Shown here: positions 13,327 to 25,957 of the stretch, piece after piece
Layout: every line of letters starts with the position of its first letter
Numbering within the stretch: position 1 is the first letter of the stretch
DNA from: Eledone cirrhosa
Taxonomy: Eukaryota
NCBI GenBank assembly: GCA_964016885.1
Contig: OZ024741.1
Location: 360,778,001-360,842,000, forward strand
Direction of reading: 5' to 3'
DNA length: 64,000 bases
Position numbers and translations under genes: made by a program
The notes under the pieces: model-generated
Told to the model about the DNA's origin: nothing
Databases searched by the model: none
Seen by the model: only the letters and a program-made list of their open reading frames with translations

Positions 13327-14019
13327 AAAGTTGTTTTCTTAAGGCCCGGTCGCTGGTGATGGAAATGGTGATGGCGGCGGTGATGGCGGTGGTGGTGGCA
13401 GTTGATGTTGTGTTCTGTGCGTGTGTGTGTGTTTTGTTATTTTGAGTTTTTTTGTTTGTTTGTGGGGGGGGGGGGTTTCTATCTTTTTTTTTTTATCTTT
13501 TGATGCCGCTGCTGTTGTTGTTGTTGTAAATGTTCATTTCAATTCATTTCATACATACATACATACGTACATACGTACGTACGTACAAAAGTTCGAGACT
13601 AATTTGAAAACAAACAATAAAAACTCTTTATGCCATCATAGTTTCTTAAATATCATTATTTTGTAAAAGATAAATGAAAACTTTCATTATCATTTAAACT
13701 TTCTTTTAAAGCATTTCCTTTAAATGACTTTAAACTACGTAAAAATATATAAATTGTGTAGACGGCACACAGACGCTGAAATATTGACTCTATTAACATT
13801 CAGTCTGATCAAAGGGAATAAATGTGTGTTTTGTATATATTTTTACATTTGATACAGTCTTGATATGTTTTTAATTGATTCTGTAAATTACATTTCAATT
13901 TGATGTATGGTTCAGCTACAAAATCTGTGTAATTCAGACTTTTTGTCAATGGTGCTAAAATGTTTGAATGTTTTAATATGTCCAGCGTTTTTAGTATTTG
14001 TTTCTTGTATACTGTCTAT

Positions 14020-15351
14020 CGGTTTCAGTCCGACAGCGCGAAGCACAACAGAGCAGATCTTCAACCTTAGAATAGTTGTTTTTACTTTTGGCACAAAGTC
14101 AGCAATTATTCCAGTGTATTACTAGTACTTTATTTTATCGACCCTGTAAGGATGAAAGGCAAAGTTAACCTCGGCGGGATTTGAACTCAGATCATAAAGG
14201 AGCGTAACTCTATGCTGCAAAACATGGCGTCCGACCCTCTACCGATACTGCCAATCCACCAAAGGTACCTTCAACATCAACAGGACCTCTACCACGTCTT
14301 CGCGGACTACAAGAAGGCGTTAGACAAGGTTTGGCGCGCAGCACTGTGGACCACAATGAAGCTGTACAATATCAATGGTAACTTGCTCAGGGTGATATGG
14401 AGCCTATATGACAAAGCCATCAGCGCAGTCTACTTAAACAACAGCGTCGGGGACTGGTTCAGAACCACAGTCGGGGTAAGATAAGGATGTTTGCTCTTTA
14501 CAACATCGTAGAGAGAATTATGACAGACGCACTGGAAGAGCAAGCATTGGCGGCACGACTGTTATGAACTTGCGTTTTGCTGACGACATAGATGATCTAG
14601 CAGGGAAAAAAAGAGAAGCTAGCCAACCTAGTGGAACGTCTTGACAAGACTTCTACCACCTACGGCATGCAGATCAGTGCAAAAAAGATGACCAACAACA
14701 CCAACAGCATCAGTACTGACATCAGGGTCAACGGCGAGTAACTAGAGTGCGTCGGCAGGTTCAAATACTAGGGGGCAATCATTTCAGGTGAAGGATCTAA
14801 ACCCGAAGTACTCGCCAGATCTGCCCAAACCACAGCAGCACTTGCAAAGTTAAGACTATCTAGAATGTCAAAAAACATAGCCCTCAGCTCTCTGGTCATG
14901 TCCATATTCTTGTATGACTGAGTCTTGGACAATAACAGCAAACCTGGAAAGAAGAATACAGGCTATGGAGATGAGATGCTTCAGAAATATCTTTGGCATC
15001 ACCTACAGAGACCGCATCTCCAATGAAGAGGCGCGAAAAAGAATTTGGCAAGCCATCGGGCCCTATGAAGACCTGATGACCATTGTAAAAAATCGCAAAT
15101 TGAGATGGTACGTGCACGTGCCAAGATCTTCGGGGCTTGCGAAGATTGCCGTGCAGGAAACAGTACGAGGAGGGAGGGAGAGAGATAGACAGAAAAAGAG
15201 ATGGGAGCTCAGCATCCTGGAATGGACAGGCATGTGCTGGTGCAACTATGAGGAGGGCGGAGATGCGAGAGGAATGGAAGGAGTTGGTTGCCAGGTCATC
15301 TGTGGCGCCCCAACGATCCACCAGATTACGGGACAGATGAGATGAGATGAG
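14020..15351 (+). mobile_element. 5'-truncated RTE LINE with (GATGA)n tail and 11-bp TSD, interrupted by a SINE
   Basis: RSTTEQIFNLR, DYKKALDKV, RFADD, KLRWY; TSD ATACTGTCTAT at 14009-14019 and 15352-15362. Confidence 0.88.
14076..14260 (-). mobile_element. SINE inserted in the RTE fragment
   Basis: Close match to the 23179-23360 and 25101-25284 copies; splits the RT coding remnant. Confidence 0.85.
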
Positions 15352-15449
15352 ATACTGTCTATTATTTTTATTATTATAATTATTTATGATATATAGCAGA
15401 ATTTTTATATATTTGCTGGGTTACACATGGCCGAACATACACTATCCCT

Positions 15450-15670
15450 GTCATCCTGAATTTGGCTGCTATTTCTAGCACGGGTAAAGCCCACTTCAAT
15501 GTCCACTTTTTTACCTTTCGCCCTGAATATAGCTGCTATTTCTGACACGTTTACACACCATTTCTATGTCTACTTTTTTCACCCTGAATATTGCTATTTC
15601 TAGCACGTGTAAAGTCCTTTTCGATTGCCACTTTTACCTTTCACCCTGAATTTGGCAGCTATTTACAACC
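15450..15670. repeat. Degenerate tandem repeat, about 60-65 bp, about 4 copies
   Basis: Recurring ccctgaat(t/a)t(g)gctgctatttct..cacg..tttt(a)cctttc. Confidence 0.7.
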
Positions 15671-16262
15671 CTAAAATTCATTTATTTGCTGGAACACATG
15701 GGTAATGGCCATAAATGTAGAAACTGGTGCCATGAGGCTTGAACATGGCCAAGATTATTGTTTGTGTGATTTTTTTTTAATCAAATGAACATTTTTTATT
15801 CATATTTCACATTTCTTGAAAATGTTTTGAAGTTTAATCATAGATTACATTTAGTCGTATGTATAATTAAATATTATTTTTTGTCATAATCTCTGTGAAA
15901 TTTATATTTACTTCAATTAAAATATCAATAAAATGTCTTATACATATACCTTTTACTCTGTAATGTATAGTTATGTTTAGTATTCAAAATAATAATAACG
16001 AATTGAGATATTTTTACAATGTTTTGACAAAAGTTGCATATGATAGGGCTTCTTGGAATTATCTCTATATTAGTAACATCTGTCAACAAATAATTGAGCT
16101 ACGCGGCATAAAAGATGCAAGATTGACGAAAATCATTCGAAGTAACGCCGATTTACGGTATATATATATATGTCATGAATGATACAAAATCAAACATATG
16201 TCTTGTCTCAAAAAACAACTCAAGATAGAATTCAGATAATAAAATCGAGCCTTAATCATTAC

Positions 16263-16474
16263 AAGTGAATGAAATATATCCATACACACATAAGTGTGCA
16301 TTAAAATACATCAAAACTTAAAATTAGAGACAATCTCCACTGAATGTAAGATTATATAATTCGTTGAGTATCTTATTAAATTTAATAAAAAATAAAAATA
16401 AAATACCTAATAACGATAAGTTTTGATGTATCTTAATGCACACTTATGTGTGTATGGATATATTTCATTCACTT
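16263..16474. mobile_element. MITE-like foldback with about 57-bp inverted arms
   Basis: aagtgaatgaaatatatccatacacacataagtgtgcattaa.. is mirrored at 16417-16474. Confidence 0.7.
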
Positions 16475-16681
16475 TCTTATATATATAATATCAATAATAT
16501 TATTATTGATATTATACTCCAGAAAACTGTAGAGTGCTTCGAATCTGTTATAAATAAATTTGTTGAATAACCAACAAATTAAACAACTCTTTGCTTATAT
16601 ATATATATATAGTAATAATAATAAATTTGAAGACTAAAATCCAAAGAGGGCTCGATAAGGATAAATATATATCAGATATAT

Positions 16682-17261
16682 GGCATACGTCAAGACGGGC
16701 GGTCTCAAAAGTGAAAGTAAATTTATTTTCATTTTCGAACGTCGTGTTTACATTTTGTGTGTGTGTTCAAACGAAACATGCTGGCGACGAAGCTTCTTCT
16801 TTGCACGGCTCCATGTGTTCTTTATGAGCTGTGTGTGCACATCAAGGTCCGCAGGATCTACAAAGTTCCGTTCGTGCACCACAACATCATGAACGTAAAT
16901 CACACCTTCAATTTCCGAATAGGAAGCCCAACCATCGGAGATGAAGCGGCTGCCTGGCAAAATCCCTGCTGAATGATGGGGACGAGAGTGTCAGAGCTTC
17001 GATTTGCGACTTCTGCAAGGCAGCAGCGTCTAGAATGGCGGACTCACCATTCTGCAAGCCTCATTACAAGATTACTTCGGTATTGAGTACTCTTCTCTCA
17101 ACCGTCAACTACACACACACACACACATATACATATATATATAATCAGTTAAAACGACACTAATTTAGATCTAAACACACACACACAAAATGTAAACACG
17201 ACGTTCGAAAATGAAAATAAATTTACTTTCACTTTTGAGACCGCCCGTCTTGACGTATGCC
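16682..17261 (-). mobile_element. Merlin (IS1016/ISXO2-like) DNA transposon, internally deleted
   Basis: About 85-bp near-perfect TIRs starting GGCATACG; 9-bp TSD CAGATATAT/CAGATACAT; transposase remnant ISDGWASY..VVHERNFVDP..VHTQLIKNTWSRAK. Confidence 0.88.
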
Positions 17262-17340
17262 CAGATACATAAGAACCGTAGAGCAAATATTTATTAAAAT
17301 AACAGATTAAAGTATATATATATATATATATATATATATC

Positions 17341-17852
17341 CTAGCAGTGGTACCCGGCGTTGCACGGTATAAGGTATTGTGAAATATATAACCGCCTTAG
17401 CTAAGCTTAGTATTGCCACAACCACGGCTGGCAAAGAAGTAAGGGTCTGGTGGTACGTAAGTAAGCAACACTGTGGCTTAAAACGTGAGCAAGAAGTTGT
17501 GTGCACTTACCAACTGTTTGGGGAATGAGTGTGAGATTTGTCTTGAGCAAGGGTGGCTGAATAACCGGAGGCAGCAGACAGCCAGACATACAGACAGATA
17601 TTATAAGGGCGCGACGTTATATGTATGTATCTATCTAAAAAGAGAAAGACTAAGAATTATAGAGAGAGATCGCTAAATCGCTAATGCGGCCCTTAGGACA
17701 TTGAAAATTTGAAATTCTTTTTGCTCAGAACACTCCCTGAAACATAAGTATTACATGTGTAAAGTTTGAAAACAGTCGGTTGGGTGCTTCTCTAGTTTTA
17801 GGGATTCAAACTCACACACACAGACAGACATCCTCAGTTTTATATATATAGA
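17341..17852 (-). mobile_element. Non-autonomous Helitron
   Basis: Minus strand begins TCTATATATATAAAACTG and ends CCGTGCAACGCCGGGTACCACTGCTAG (subterminal hairpin plus CTAG). Confidence 0.85.
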
Positions 17853-17901
17853 TATATAACGTAATTCGAATGATTTTCATCAATTTATATATATGTATAT
17901 A

Positions 17902-20217
17902 CAGTTGTCCGCCGGTATTCGCGGGGGTTACGTTCCTAGAGCACACATGAAGAGTGAAAAACCGCGAATATTGGATGTAGTCCATAAAAATGCCTGTAAA
18001 CGTCAAAATATAATAAAAAAGAGGGACCACCTTATGCGAAAGGGCGTCCAATAGCCCAGCAAATACGATATATCTAAACTATAATAAAGTAAGGACTGCG
18101 GGACTGCGTACGGTTTATTTCTTTTACTCCAGTTAGTAAAATAAGTTGGATTACTTTGAATAAATAATGAATGAATATTACATAATTTATGTGCTAAATT
18201 TCGAAACTAAATTTCGTAAACATAAAAAATTTAAAATTGACTTCTTTTCAAATTTTCATTCAAAATTCGACACTTCCGGTATATCGTCACCACCACCACC
18301 ACCACTACCATATATATAGAAAGAGAGAGTGTGTAATGAGAGAGATAGAGAGATTATGATTTTTCTACAGGTTGACGCGTATGAGTGTGCACATACATAC
18401 ATTTATATGTATGAGTATATAACTTTGCCGGCGTTTCTTTCGTCGGTAACCTCATGCTGCGTCCTCGTCAGCAGGGTTCTCCAAAACACAATAGAACCCT
18501 CTGTGTTCAAGGAACGTGAGGCCGCCTGTGAGACGTGGGACTGGCTGGGACTTAGCCCAGTAGACGTCCCTCCTCCTTCTCCCCTGCTGACGTCAAGTCC
18601 CCCCAAAGCATTTGGGATGCCATCCAATGCAGCCTGGCTTCAGCCAGCTCGGCCTTGCCTTTTTTCTTGCGACCTCCAAACCCCACAGTGGTGCCTGGCT
18701 CCATGCCTTGCCCTCCTTCATCCACTGGCACGCAGCTAGATAACAATAGCCTGCGCATCGGCGTTTCCTTGAGGCTCGGTCTCCGGATCTGCGAGCCACA
18801 CAGATGTCGCTGCGGTTCCACCGTGGACTCTTTCGGCCTCCACCCGCTTTCCTGTCGCCACAGTGCCGGCCGCCTTCCACGCCATGCTGCCCTCAACGAG
18901 GTCATAAAGCATGGCTTGGACGCTGCAGGCTTCCCCTCCCAGCTCGAGCCGGTGGGGCTGGATCGAGGGGACGGCAAAAGGCCAGATGGCATGACCATCT
19001 TCCCGTTCCGAGGTGGCAAACCCCTCGTCTGGGATGCCACTTGCACTGACACTTTCTGCAGCCGCAACCTGGTGCAGTCTGTGACTAACCCAGGTTCTGC
19101 TGCACGACGGGCTGAGGAAGCTAAACTCCTCAAATACCGGTCGCTCTCCGACAGGTTTGCAGTTGTACCCTTGGCAGTGGAGACTTCTGGTGTCCTCGGC
19201 TCTAGGGCTACCTCCCTACTCACCACCACAGGCGCTGAGCTGGCCAGACGCAGGTGTGAACCCCGCGAGTTGGAATGGCTTTTCCAGCGCCTCTCCTTTG
19301 CTGTCCTCCAGGGAAACGCCTTCTCTGGTCTGTCCGCCGGGGCTGTGGAGAGGCCACCAATATGATTGACTGACTTGTCGCTTTATCAATCAGATGTTAT
19401 TAAATATGGTGAGACAATACATGTATTAGTTTGTCATAACATTTCATATAACACTACTATTATGAGTATATAACGCGCAAACACAAACTACCAGGAGTGA
19501 CTCTCTGGTCTCTGAGCTATACACTTTATCGAGTAACGTTACTCCAAAGACCCTTCGGAGGAATCCCATTTCTGCCACTTTTATTTGCAATTATATTCTT
19601 TTGGTCATTAATCAATTACCGTAATTCGGGCTGTTTGTTTGTTTACAAACAAACAAACCGAGCATTATAATAAATGTTCGGGAAACCGATACGTGCATAT
19701 ATATATGTGTGCATGTGTGTATATATATACATACTACTGTACGTCTGTATACATATATGTATGAACGTATACATACTTACATATATGCATATATATATTT
19801 GCATATAATACCAATATGCACACTAAATATGCCAGCAGAAAACCGCCCGAGGGCGTTTTTCTGCTATATTTAGCGTTAAAGAAAAGTGTGTATGTGTGCG
19901 TGTATGTATATATACAGTGTGCCCCCGGCATTCGCGGGATTTTCCTTAGAACCTAACTAATAATTGTTCATGGAAACGACCGCATATTCGTAAATATCTT
20001 CCGCGATGTTCTATGATTTTTTTTGTGGCAATATATATTTTTTCATGCTTTTTAATGCTAAATTATTAACAACAATATACCGTATTTGCCGGCCTATATT
20101 TTACGTTATGTTTAGACGTTTATAGGCATTTTTATGGATCACATCCAATATTCGCGGTTTTTCACTCTTCGCAGGTATTCTAGGAACGTAACCCCTGCGA
20201 ATACTGGGGGACAACTG
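17902..20217. mobile_element. Tc1/pogo(Tigger)-like inverted termini of about 105 bp with TA flanks; either one composite element or two opposed MITEs
   Basis: TA|CAGTTGTCCGCCGGTATTCGCGGGGGTTACGTTCCTAG.. at 17902 is mirrored at about 20115-20217|TA; a third, more diverged terminus lies at about 19914. Confidence 0.65.
18430..19400 (+). mobile_element. CRE-clade non-LTR retrotransposon 3' fragment (zinc finger plus restriction-like endonuclease)
   Basis: ORF 18655-19365: CRCG..HPLSC, RHAALN, LEP.GL.R.DGKRPDGMT, LVWDATCTDT, AVETSG, LFQRLS; GC-rich island in AT-rich DNA. Confidence 0.8.
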
Positions 20218-21229
20218 TATATCAACTGTATATCAATATTTTTATAAACACAGTATTCTAAAGCCATTTTCCCTGTTAAAGCAGGGATTAGTCTTGTAGG
20301 CCCTATGATAGTCTTCATACACATCAAGGAGTTGTTTTTGAGACAATGTCTTTTACAACCAGATGTCTTTCCAGATGTCAACATTTTTAGTCATTTGTAG
20401 AATATGCAGAGATACATTTATTGTGATCATTTAGAGACACATAACGGGGTACCATAATAAACAAATTCCAATGTCTGTGTGTGATGTAAGGTGGTTCAAT
20501 GAAATCCCCACACAAGACAACTAAATGACTACGATATTTCACAACTACTAGAGTAGAAAATAAATGAACAAACAAGAACAACCTTTTTAATTATGCAGTA
20601 AAAACCAAACCGAGTGTCAAGAAACAGCTGGCATATACTAGCTTGAGCCAAGAACAAACACATCAGAGAGGAACTAATACTGTAAACAAGAGCTGTCTTT
20701 ATCAGAGAACAATAGAAAGGAGCAAACGAAAGTTGATATAGTAACCTCAGTTGATGTCATTGCATTAAGTAGAAACCAACAGAGATAGTCTATGAAAGTC
20801 GTTTGTGCGTGTGTGTGTAAATATATATTTATGCAGCTTCCACATTCCACTTCCTTTTTTGCTTTTCTATTTTGTTTGTTATATATTCTTTATATAACTG
20901 CTGCTTCAATCATTTATTCTTGTTAACGACTGTGTTTTTAATTAAACAAGTTGTAGATATAATTTTGTATTGTTTGTAATATCATATCATCTTAGTGTGT
21001 AGCCAGTAGGTTCACTATATCCCTGCTGTATGCCGTAAGAGATAACTAAAAGGGTGTGCCAGGAAAGCTGTAGAACATAACCTCAAAAAAGACCCTATTA
21101 TAAATATAAACTCTTAGAACCCACAAAGCAAATCCCTACTTTAGCAAGGAAAATTATCTTAAAACATTTGTTGGTTGTTATTGGTCAATCAACAACTTTC
21201 CATGAAGTAGAAAACTATTCTAGATTCTA

Positions 21230-21985
21230 TCTCAACTGGAACCAGCAGGCCTAGACCACGGAGAAGGCAAGTGCCCCGACCGAATCACCCTCTTTCCATT
21301 TGAAGGAGGTAGATCCCTCATCTGGGACGCTATTTGCTGTGATATGTTCTCAGCCTCCAGCTTAGTCGCTTCGGTCAAACCCTGGCATCGCAGCCCGCCT
21401 CGCAGAAGAACGTAAAATAAGCAAATACCGGTGTTTATCCGGTCACTGTTGAGACCTCAGGCATACTTGGACCCCGTACAGTCAAGCTCCTCTGCAAGAT
21501 CGGAATGTCGGCAGCTCATCTGAGGAATGAGCCCCGCAAGGTTGGTTGGCTGTTGCAGCAGGTGTCACTGGCCATTGTCCGCAGGAATGCTTTTGCGGTC
21601 TTGTCCTGGGGCACAGCTCTTCTGCCCCCCTTGCCCTTGGCTCAAAGCCCAATCACCCTCCACTTCACCCCTCCCCTCTCTCCTGCGACATCAGAGCTCT
21701 TGCCACCCCTCCCCTTCCTGTTCTTTTCCTCTTTTTTCTCAATATTTTCCTATTCTTTTTTCTTGTTTCCTTTTCTTTTCTTATTATCCTTGTCATTTGG
21801 CAGTATCGGTAGAGCATCAGACACCATGCTTTGCGGCATAGAGTTATGGCCGTTTATGTTCTGAGTTCAAATCCCGCCGAGGACAACTTTGCCTTTCATC
21901 CTTACGGGGTCGATAAAATAAAGCACCAGTAATGCACTGGGGAAATTGCTGACCTTGTGCTTAAAGTAGAAACATTATTATTATT
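21230..21985 (+). mobile_element. Degraded CRE-type RLE 3' fragment, pyrimidine tract and SINE
   Basis: atctgggacgct (WDA), gttgagacctcagg (VETSG), WLLQQVSLAIVRRNAF; then a T/C tract and the SINE core ending in (ATT)n. Confidence 0.75.
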
Positions 21986-22067
21986 ACTGTATATTTTATC
22001 AATCGTATAATTTATTTAGTACTTACTATCCTCATGCCTGAATTAAGGCATGCGTTTACAATCTGCC

Positions 22068-22204
22068 GATGCATTCTGAGCCTAGTTTAATAGTCTGCAG
22101 ATGCATTCTGAGCCTAGTTTAATAGTCTGCAGATGCATTCTGAGCCTAGTTTTATAGTCTGCAGATGCATTGAGCCTAGTTTAATAGTCTGCAGATGCAT
22201 TCTG
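22068..22204. repeat. 32-bp minisatellite, about 4.3 copies
   Basis: GATGCATTCTGAGCCTAGTTTAATAGTCTGCA at 22068, 22100, 22132 and 22164. Confidence 0.92.
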
Positions 22205-23178
22205 TGACTAGCCTTGAAACCTAAGGTAGCATTAGAAATGTTTTGAGTATACGGTTCATAATTTGCATATGTGTGTGTGTGAAGCTTCCACATTCCATGT
22301 ATGTGCTTTTTTAGGGGTTCTTTTTATATATATATATAGATATATATATATTTTTTTCCTTTATATTAAACTGTGTGCTTCTGATATCCATACAATGGGT
22401 TGGAAGGACCCTCAGTTGTGTCAAAAACATGACAACCTCTCCTGCCCTCTCGGTAGAATATGAGACCATACATGAAATAACAGACCCCCTAGCCTGTCTG
22501 GTAGGTCAGATACTTGGTCTATGTAGACCTGTCCAACCATTGCTAGTAGGGAAAGTGGATGTTAAAATGATGATGTTGAAAAAAAACCGACAATAATGAT
22601 AATCTCAATTTTTTTTTCTTAACTAAAAATGACTCTTCAGATTGAAAAGGGTCCCCCACTCCTGTTTTAGAGTATTGAACACAATTTCTTGCAGTATTTA
22701 GTTATTATGGATCTTTACATTCTGAGTTCAAATGACTCCAAGGTCTACTTTGCCCTTCATCCTTCCAGAGCAGATAAGATAAAGTAGCAGTCAAGTACTG
22801 ATGCCAATATAATCAAATGCTCCATTCCCTAGAATTTCTGGCTTTATGCCTATCTAAGAAACCATAATTAAAACAGTATGTCATTAGGAGACATAATCAA
22901 GAGACAAATGCCTTACAGTATTGTCTTATGTCTCCTCACTTTCTGTGTTCAGGGTCGATAAAATAAAGTACCAGTAATGTACTGAGGTTGATTTAACAGG
23001 CTGTCTCCTCCAAATATATGGCATTGTGCCAATCTTAGAAATCATCCCTACCTCCTTATAACCACTACCCTCTTCCTTACTGCCAATAATATTGTGAAGT
23101 CAACTTCATAAACAGTATGTTTTCTAACCATGGCACTAGGAAACAATTTTGTAGAGGAGGTGGCTGTTAAAGTCTATA

Positions 23179-23360
23179 ATTGTTTCTACTTTAGGCACAA
23201 GGCCAGCAATTACCCAGTGCATTACTGGTACTTTATTTTATCGACCCCGTAAGGATGAAAGGCAAAGTCAACCTCGGCGGGATTTGAACTCAGATCGTAA
23301 AGGGACGTAACTATGCTGGAAAGCATGGCGTCCGACCCTCTACCGATACTGCCAATCCAC
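23179..23360 (-). mobile_element. Young SINE insertion with 15-bp TSD
   Basis: TSD CTGTTAAAGTCTATA at 23164-23178 and 23361-23375; B-box GAGTTCAAATCC on the minus strand. Confidence 0.92.
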
Positions 23361-23729
23361 CTGTTAAAGTCTATAGTGATCTTGAATTAGCACCAGACAA
23401 TGGCAAAGTATCAACTATTGTTTTCTTCAATTTAAGCTCAGCATTCGACACAATTATCATAACATCCTTATGCATCGTCTTCAATCATGTTTTGGTTTCT
23501 GTGATATCGTAGTTTGTTTGGTTCTATTTTCATCTCACTAAGTCATATGTAAGTAAGATGTCTTCCCCTGGCTCATCTGGAAAGATTGTTCCTCCGATTA
23601 AGTACTTGGTCTGTAATGGCCCGTCCAACTCATGATAGCATGGAAACACATATAAAATGATCATCATCATAACTAAATATGTGCAACAAGTATTTTGTCA
23701 ACCGCTCTACTGATTTTCTTACTCAACTG

Positions 23730-24155
23730 TAGGAGGAGGTAATGGATTGGTTGGAGAGGTGTAGTGGGTTGGTAGGAGGGAGGAGAGTGAATTGGTAGGA
23801 GGGAGGGGTGGTAGCAGAGAGAAGGGTGGGTGGGTTAGTAGGAGGGAGGAGATGAGTGGGTTGGTGGGAGGAGATGAGTGGTAGAAGGGAGAAGGGTGGG
23901 TATGAGGGCTAGGGGGAGGAGTGGGTTGGTAGGAGGTAGAGGAGTGGTAGGAGGAAGGAAAGTGGATGGGTTGGTAAGAGGGAGAGGAGAGGTGGGAGAG
24001 GAGTGGGTTGGTAGGAAGGGGAGGAGTGGAGTGGTAGGAAGGAGAGGGATGGTAGGAGGAAGGTGGTGGGTTGGTAGTAGGGAAGAGGAATGGGAGGAAG
24101 GATGAGTGTAGGTTGGTATTAGGGAGAGCAGTGGGTTGGTAGGAGGGAGGTTGGC
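23730..24155. repeat. G-rich low-complexity tract (gtgggttggtaggaggg units)
   Basis: Repeated GGGTTGGTAGGAGG motifs with strong strand purine bias. Confidence 0.85.
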
Positions 24156-24385
24156 AGCTGTGACCACAGTTTATGAGTTCAAATCTACCTGCATATGTTT
24201 CCTTTTGTTTCTGGGCAGAACACTGTATTCCCCCTCATTGCATTAACTCACCTGTCAGTAACAAACACCCCAGTTTAATCTGGAAATATAATTGTTTGGC
24301 AACCTATCCAGGTAGAGATTTCTCTCTGATCAGCTTAACATCTGGACAATAAGGAGCTAATTACTGGCCCTAAAAAATCATTTAA

Positions 24386-24593
24386 CCTTTTAGCATTTAA
24401 ACCGGCTGTAACCAGCCAGAATTCTCTCACACCTTTCTGTTCAAACCGACTGTAACTGGCTGCTCATACTGATGTTAAGGCATTGTTCTCAAAATAAATA
24501 ACATCAAAATTTCATAGATTCCATATTATGTGAGGTAAAGTATTTACAATGAAAATATAATAGTAGATATAGAGTAATGCAAATGCTAAAAGG
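24386..24593. mobile_element. piggyBac-like MITE
   Basis: TTAA|CCTTTTAGCATTT ... AAATGCTAAAAGG|TTAA. Confidence 0.85.
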
Positions 24594-24743
24594 TTAAGGT
24601 TTTAACTTATAGGTGTTGTTTAGATTCAGATCAGCATTAATATAACAAAGCTACAATGAGAGACATTCCAACAGAAACCAACACGACATATTCAGACAAA
24701 GTCTATCTAAGAGTACATTATTAGACTTATCTTTTCATTTTTA

Positions 24744-24963
24744 ATCCTTTTAACACTAAACTCATTCAAAACTGCCTGTTTCCATAAAACAAAACAACCC
24801 ACTTTAAAGAGTTCCTATTAAAATTAAAACCTTTCAACAACATTTTGTTGTTACAAATTTCATCTTAATGAAATTATAATTTTAGTAGATCCTTCCTGAA
24901 TTCTTCATTAAATAATTATTATACAAAGTATTTCATTTGGAATATATATGGTGCCAAAAGGGT
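24744..24963. mobile_element. piggyBac-like MITE, second family, degraded (relatives at about 36110-36350 and 37490-37980)
   Basis: ttaatccttttaacac ... gtgccaaaagggttaa; similar TTAA-CCCTT termini recur in the SAV1 introns. Confidence 0.55.
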
Positions 24964-25100
24964 TAAGGTAGGAGAACGTTCAGCCCTAGGGCAGAGGCAA
25001 TATGACCAATGACCTTCCAGCCATGACCACCCTTCCGTCTTTCTAGACACAATATACCTAAAACCACATAATCTATTATGTCCTTCTTTTCTAATATAAT

Positions 25101-25284
25101 TGTTTCTACTTTAGGCACAAGGCCAGCAATTACCCAGTGCATTACTGGTACTTTATTTTATCGACCCCGTAAGGATGAAAGGCAAAGTCAACCTCGGCGG
25201 GATTTGAACTCAGATCGTAAAGGGACGTAACTATGCTGGAAAGCATGGCGTCCGACCCTCTACCGATACTGCCAATCCACCGCC
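25101..25284 (-). mobile_element. Young SINE insertion with 15-bp TSD
   Basis: TSD CTTTTCTAATATAAT at 25086-25100 and 25285-25299; body appears identical to 23179-23360. Confidence 0.92.
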
Positions 25285-25759
25285 CTTTTCTAATATAATA
25301 TAGGGTGATTTGAAGGAAATTTAACTACTATTTATAGCAGGGCCATCAACTGCTTAGAAGCTTTTTTATTGGCTCATTGCAGTGCAGTATGAAACATCAG
25401 ACATTATGAATATTTCATAGTCGATAGAGTGAACAGGGAAGGGATATGAGTCAACCATCAGATCAGATCCAATAAACTGTTTTCATTGGTTTGTTTTCAT
25501 TGGTACTAACTATCTGCCAATCAGAACTCTCAGTGATATAAAAGAAAAATATTTATAACATTACAATACAAAAATAGAGAGAAGAAAATTTAAGTGAAAA
25601 TTTTAAAGAATGATTTATTTAATGCACACATTCTAACACACATTATATACACTTCTTCATTAAATGAATGTCTCTTCATTTATTTTCACCAACAAAAATA
25701 GTATTATAAGGCATCCATTCTTTTAAGTTTACAAACGTACATATATTTCTAGGATTTCA

Positions 25760-25788
25760 ATATATGTGTACACACACATTGTCTTGGG

Positions 25789-25824
<36 letters not shown>

Positions 25825-25896
25825 CACATACACAAAAACATATATATATACAAACACACACATACAAACATATGTAAACACACATATATACATACA

Positions 25897-25957
<61 letters not shown>

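Noticed and set aside
18655-19365. Fanzor/TnpB-like RNA-guided nuclease
   Set aside because: The motifs are those of a PD-(D/E)xK retrotransposon RLE (RH, RPDG, WDAT), not RuvC.
22068-22204. 32-bp repeat of CRISPR-like length
   Set aside because: Head-to-tail with no spacers; an ordinary minisatellite.
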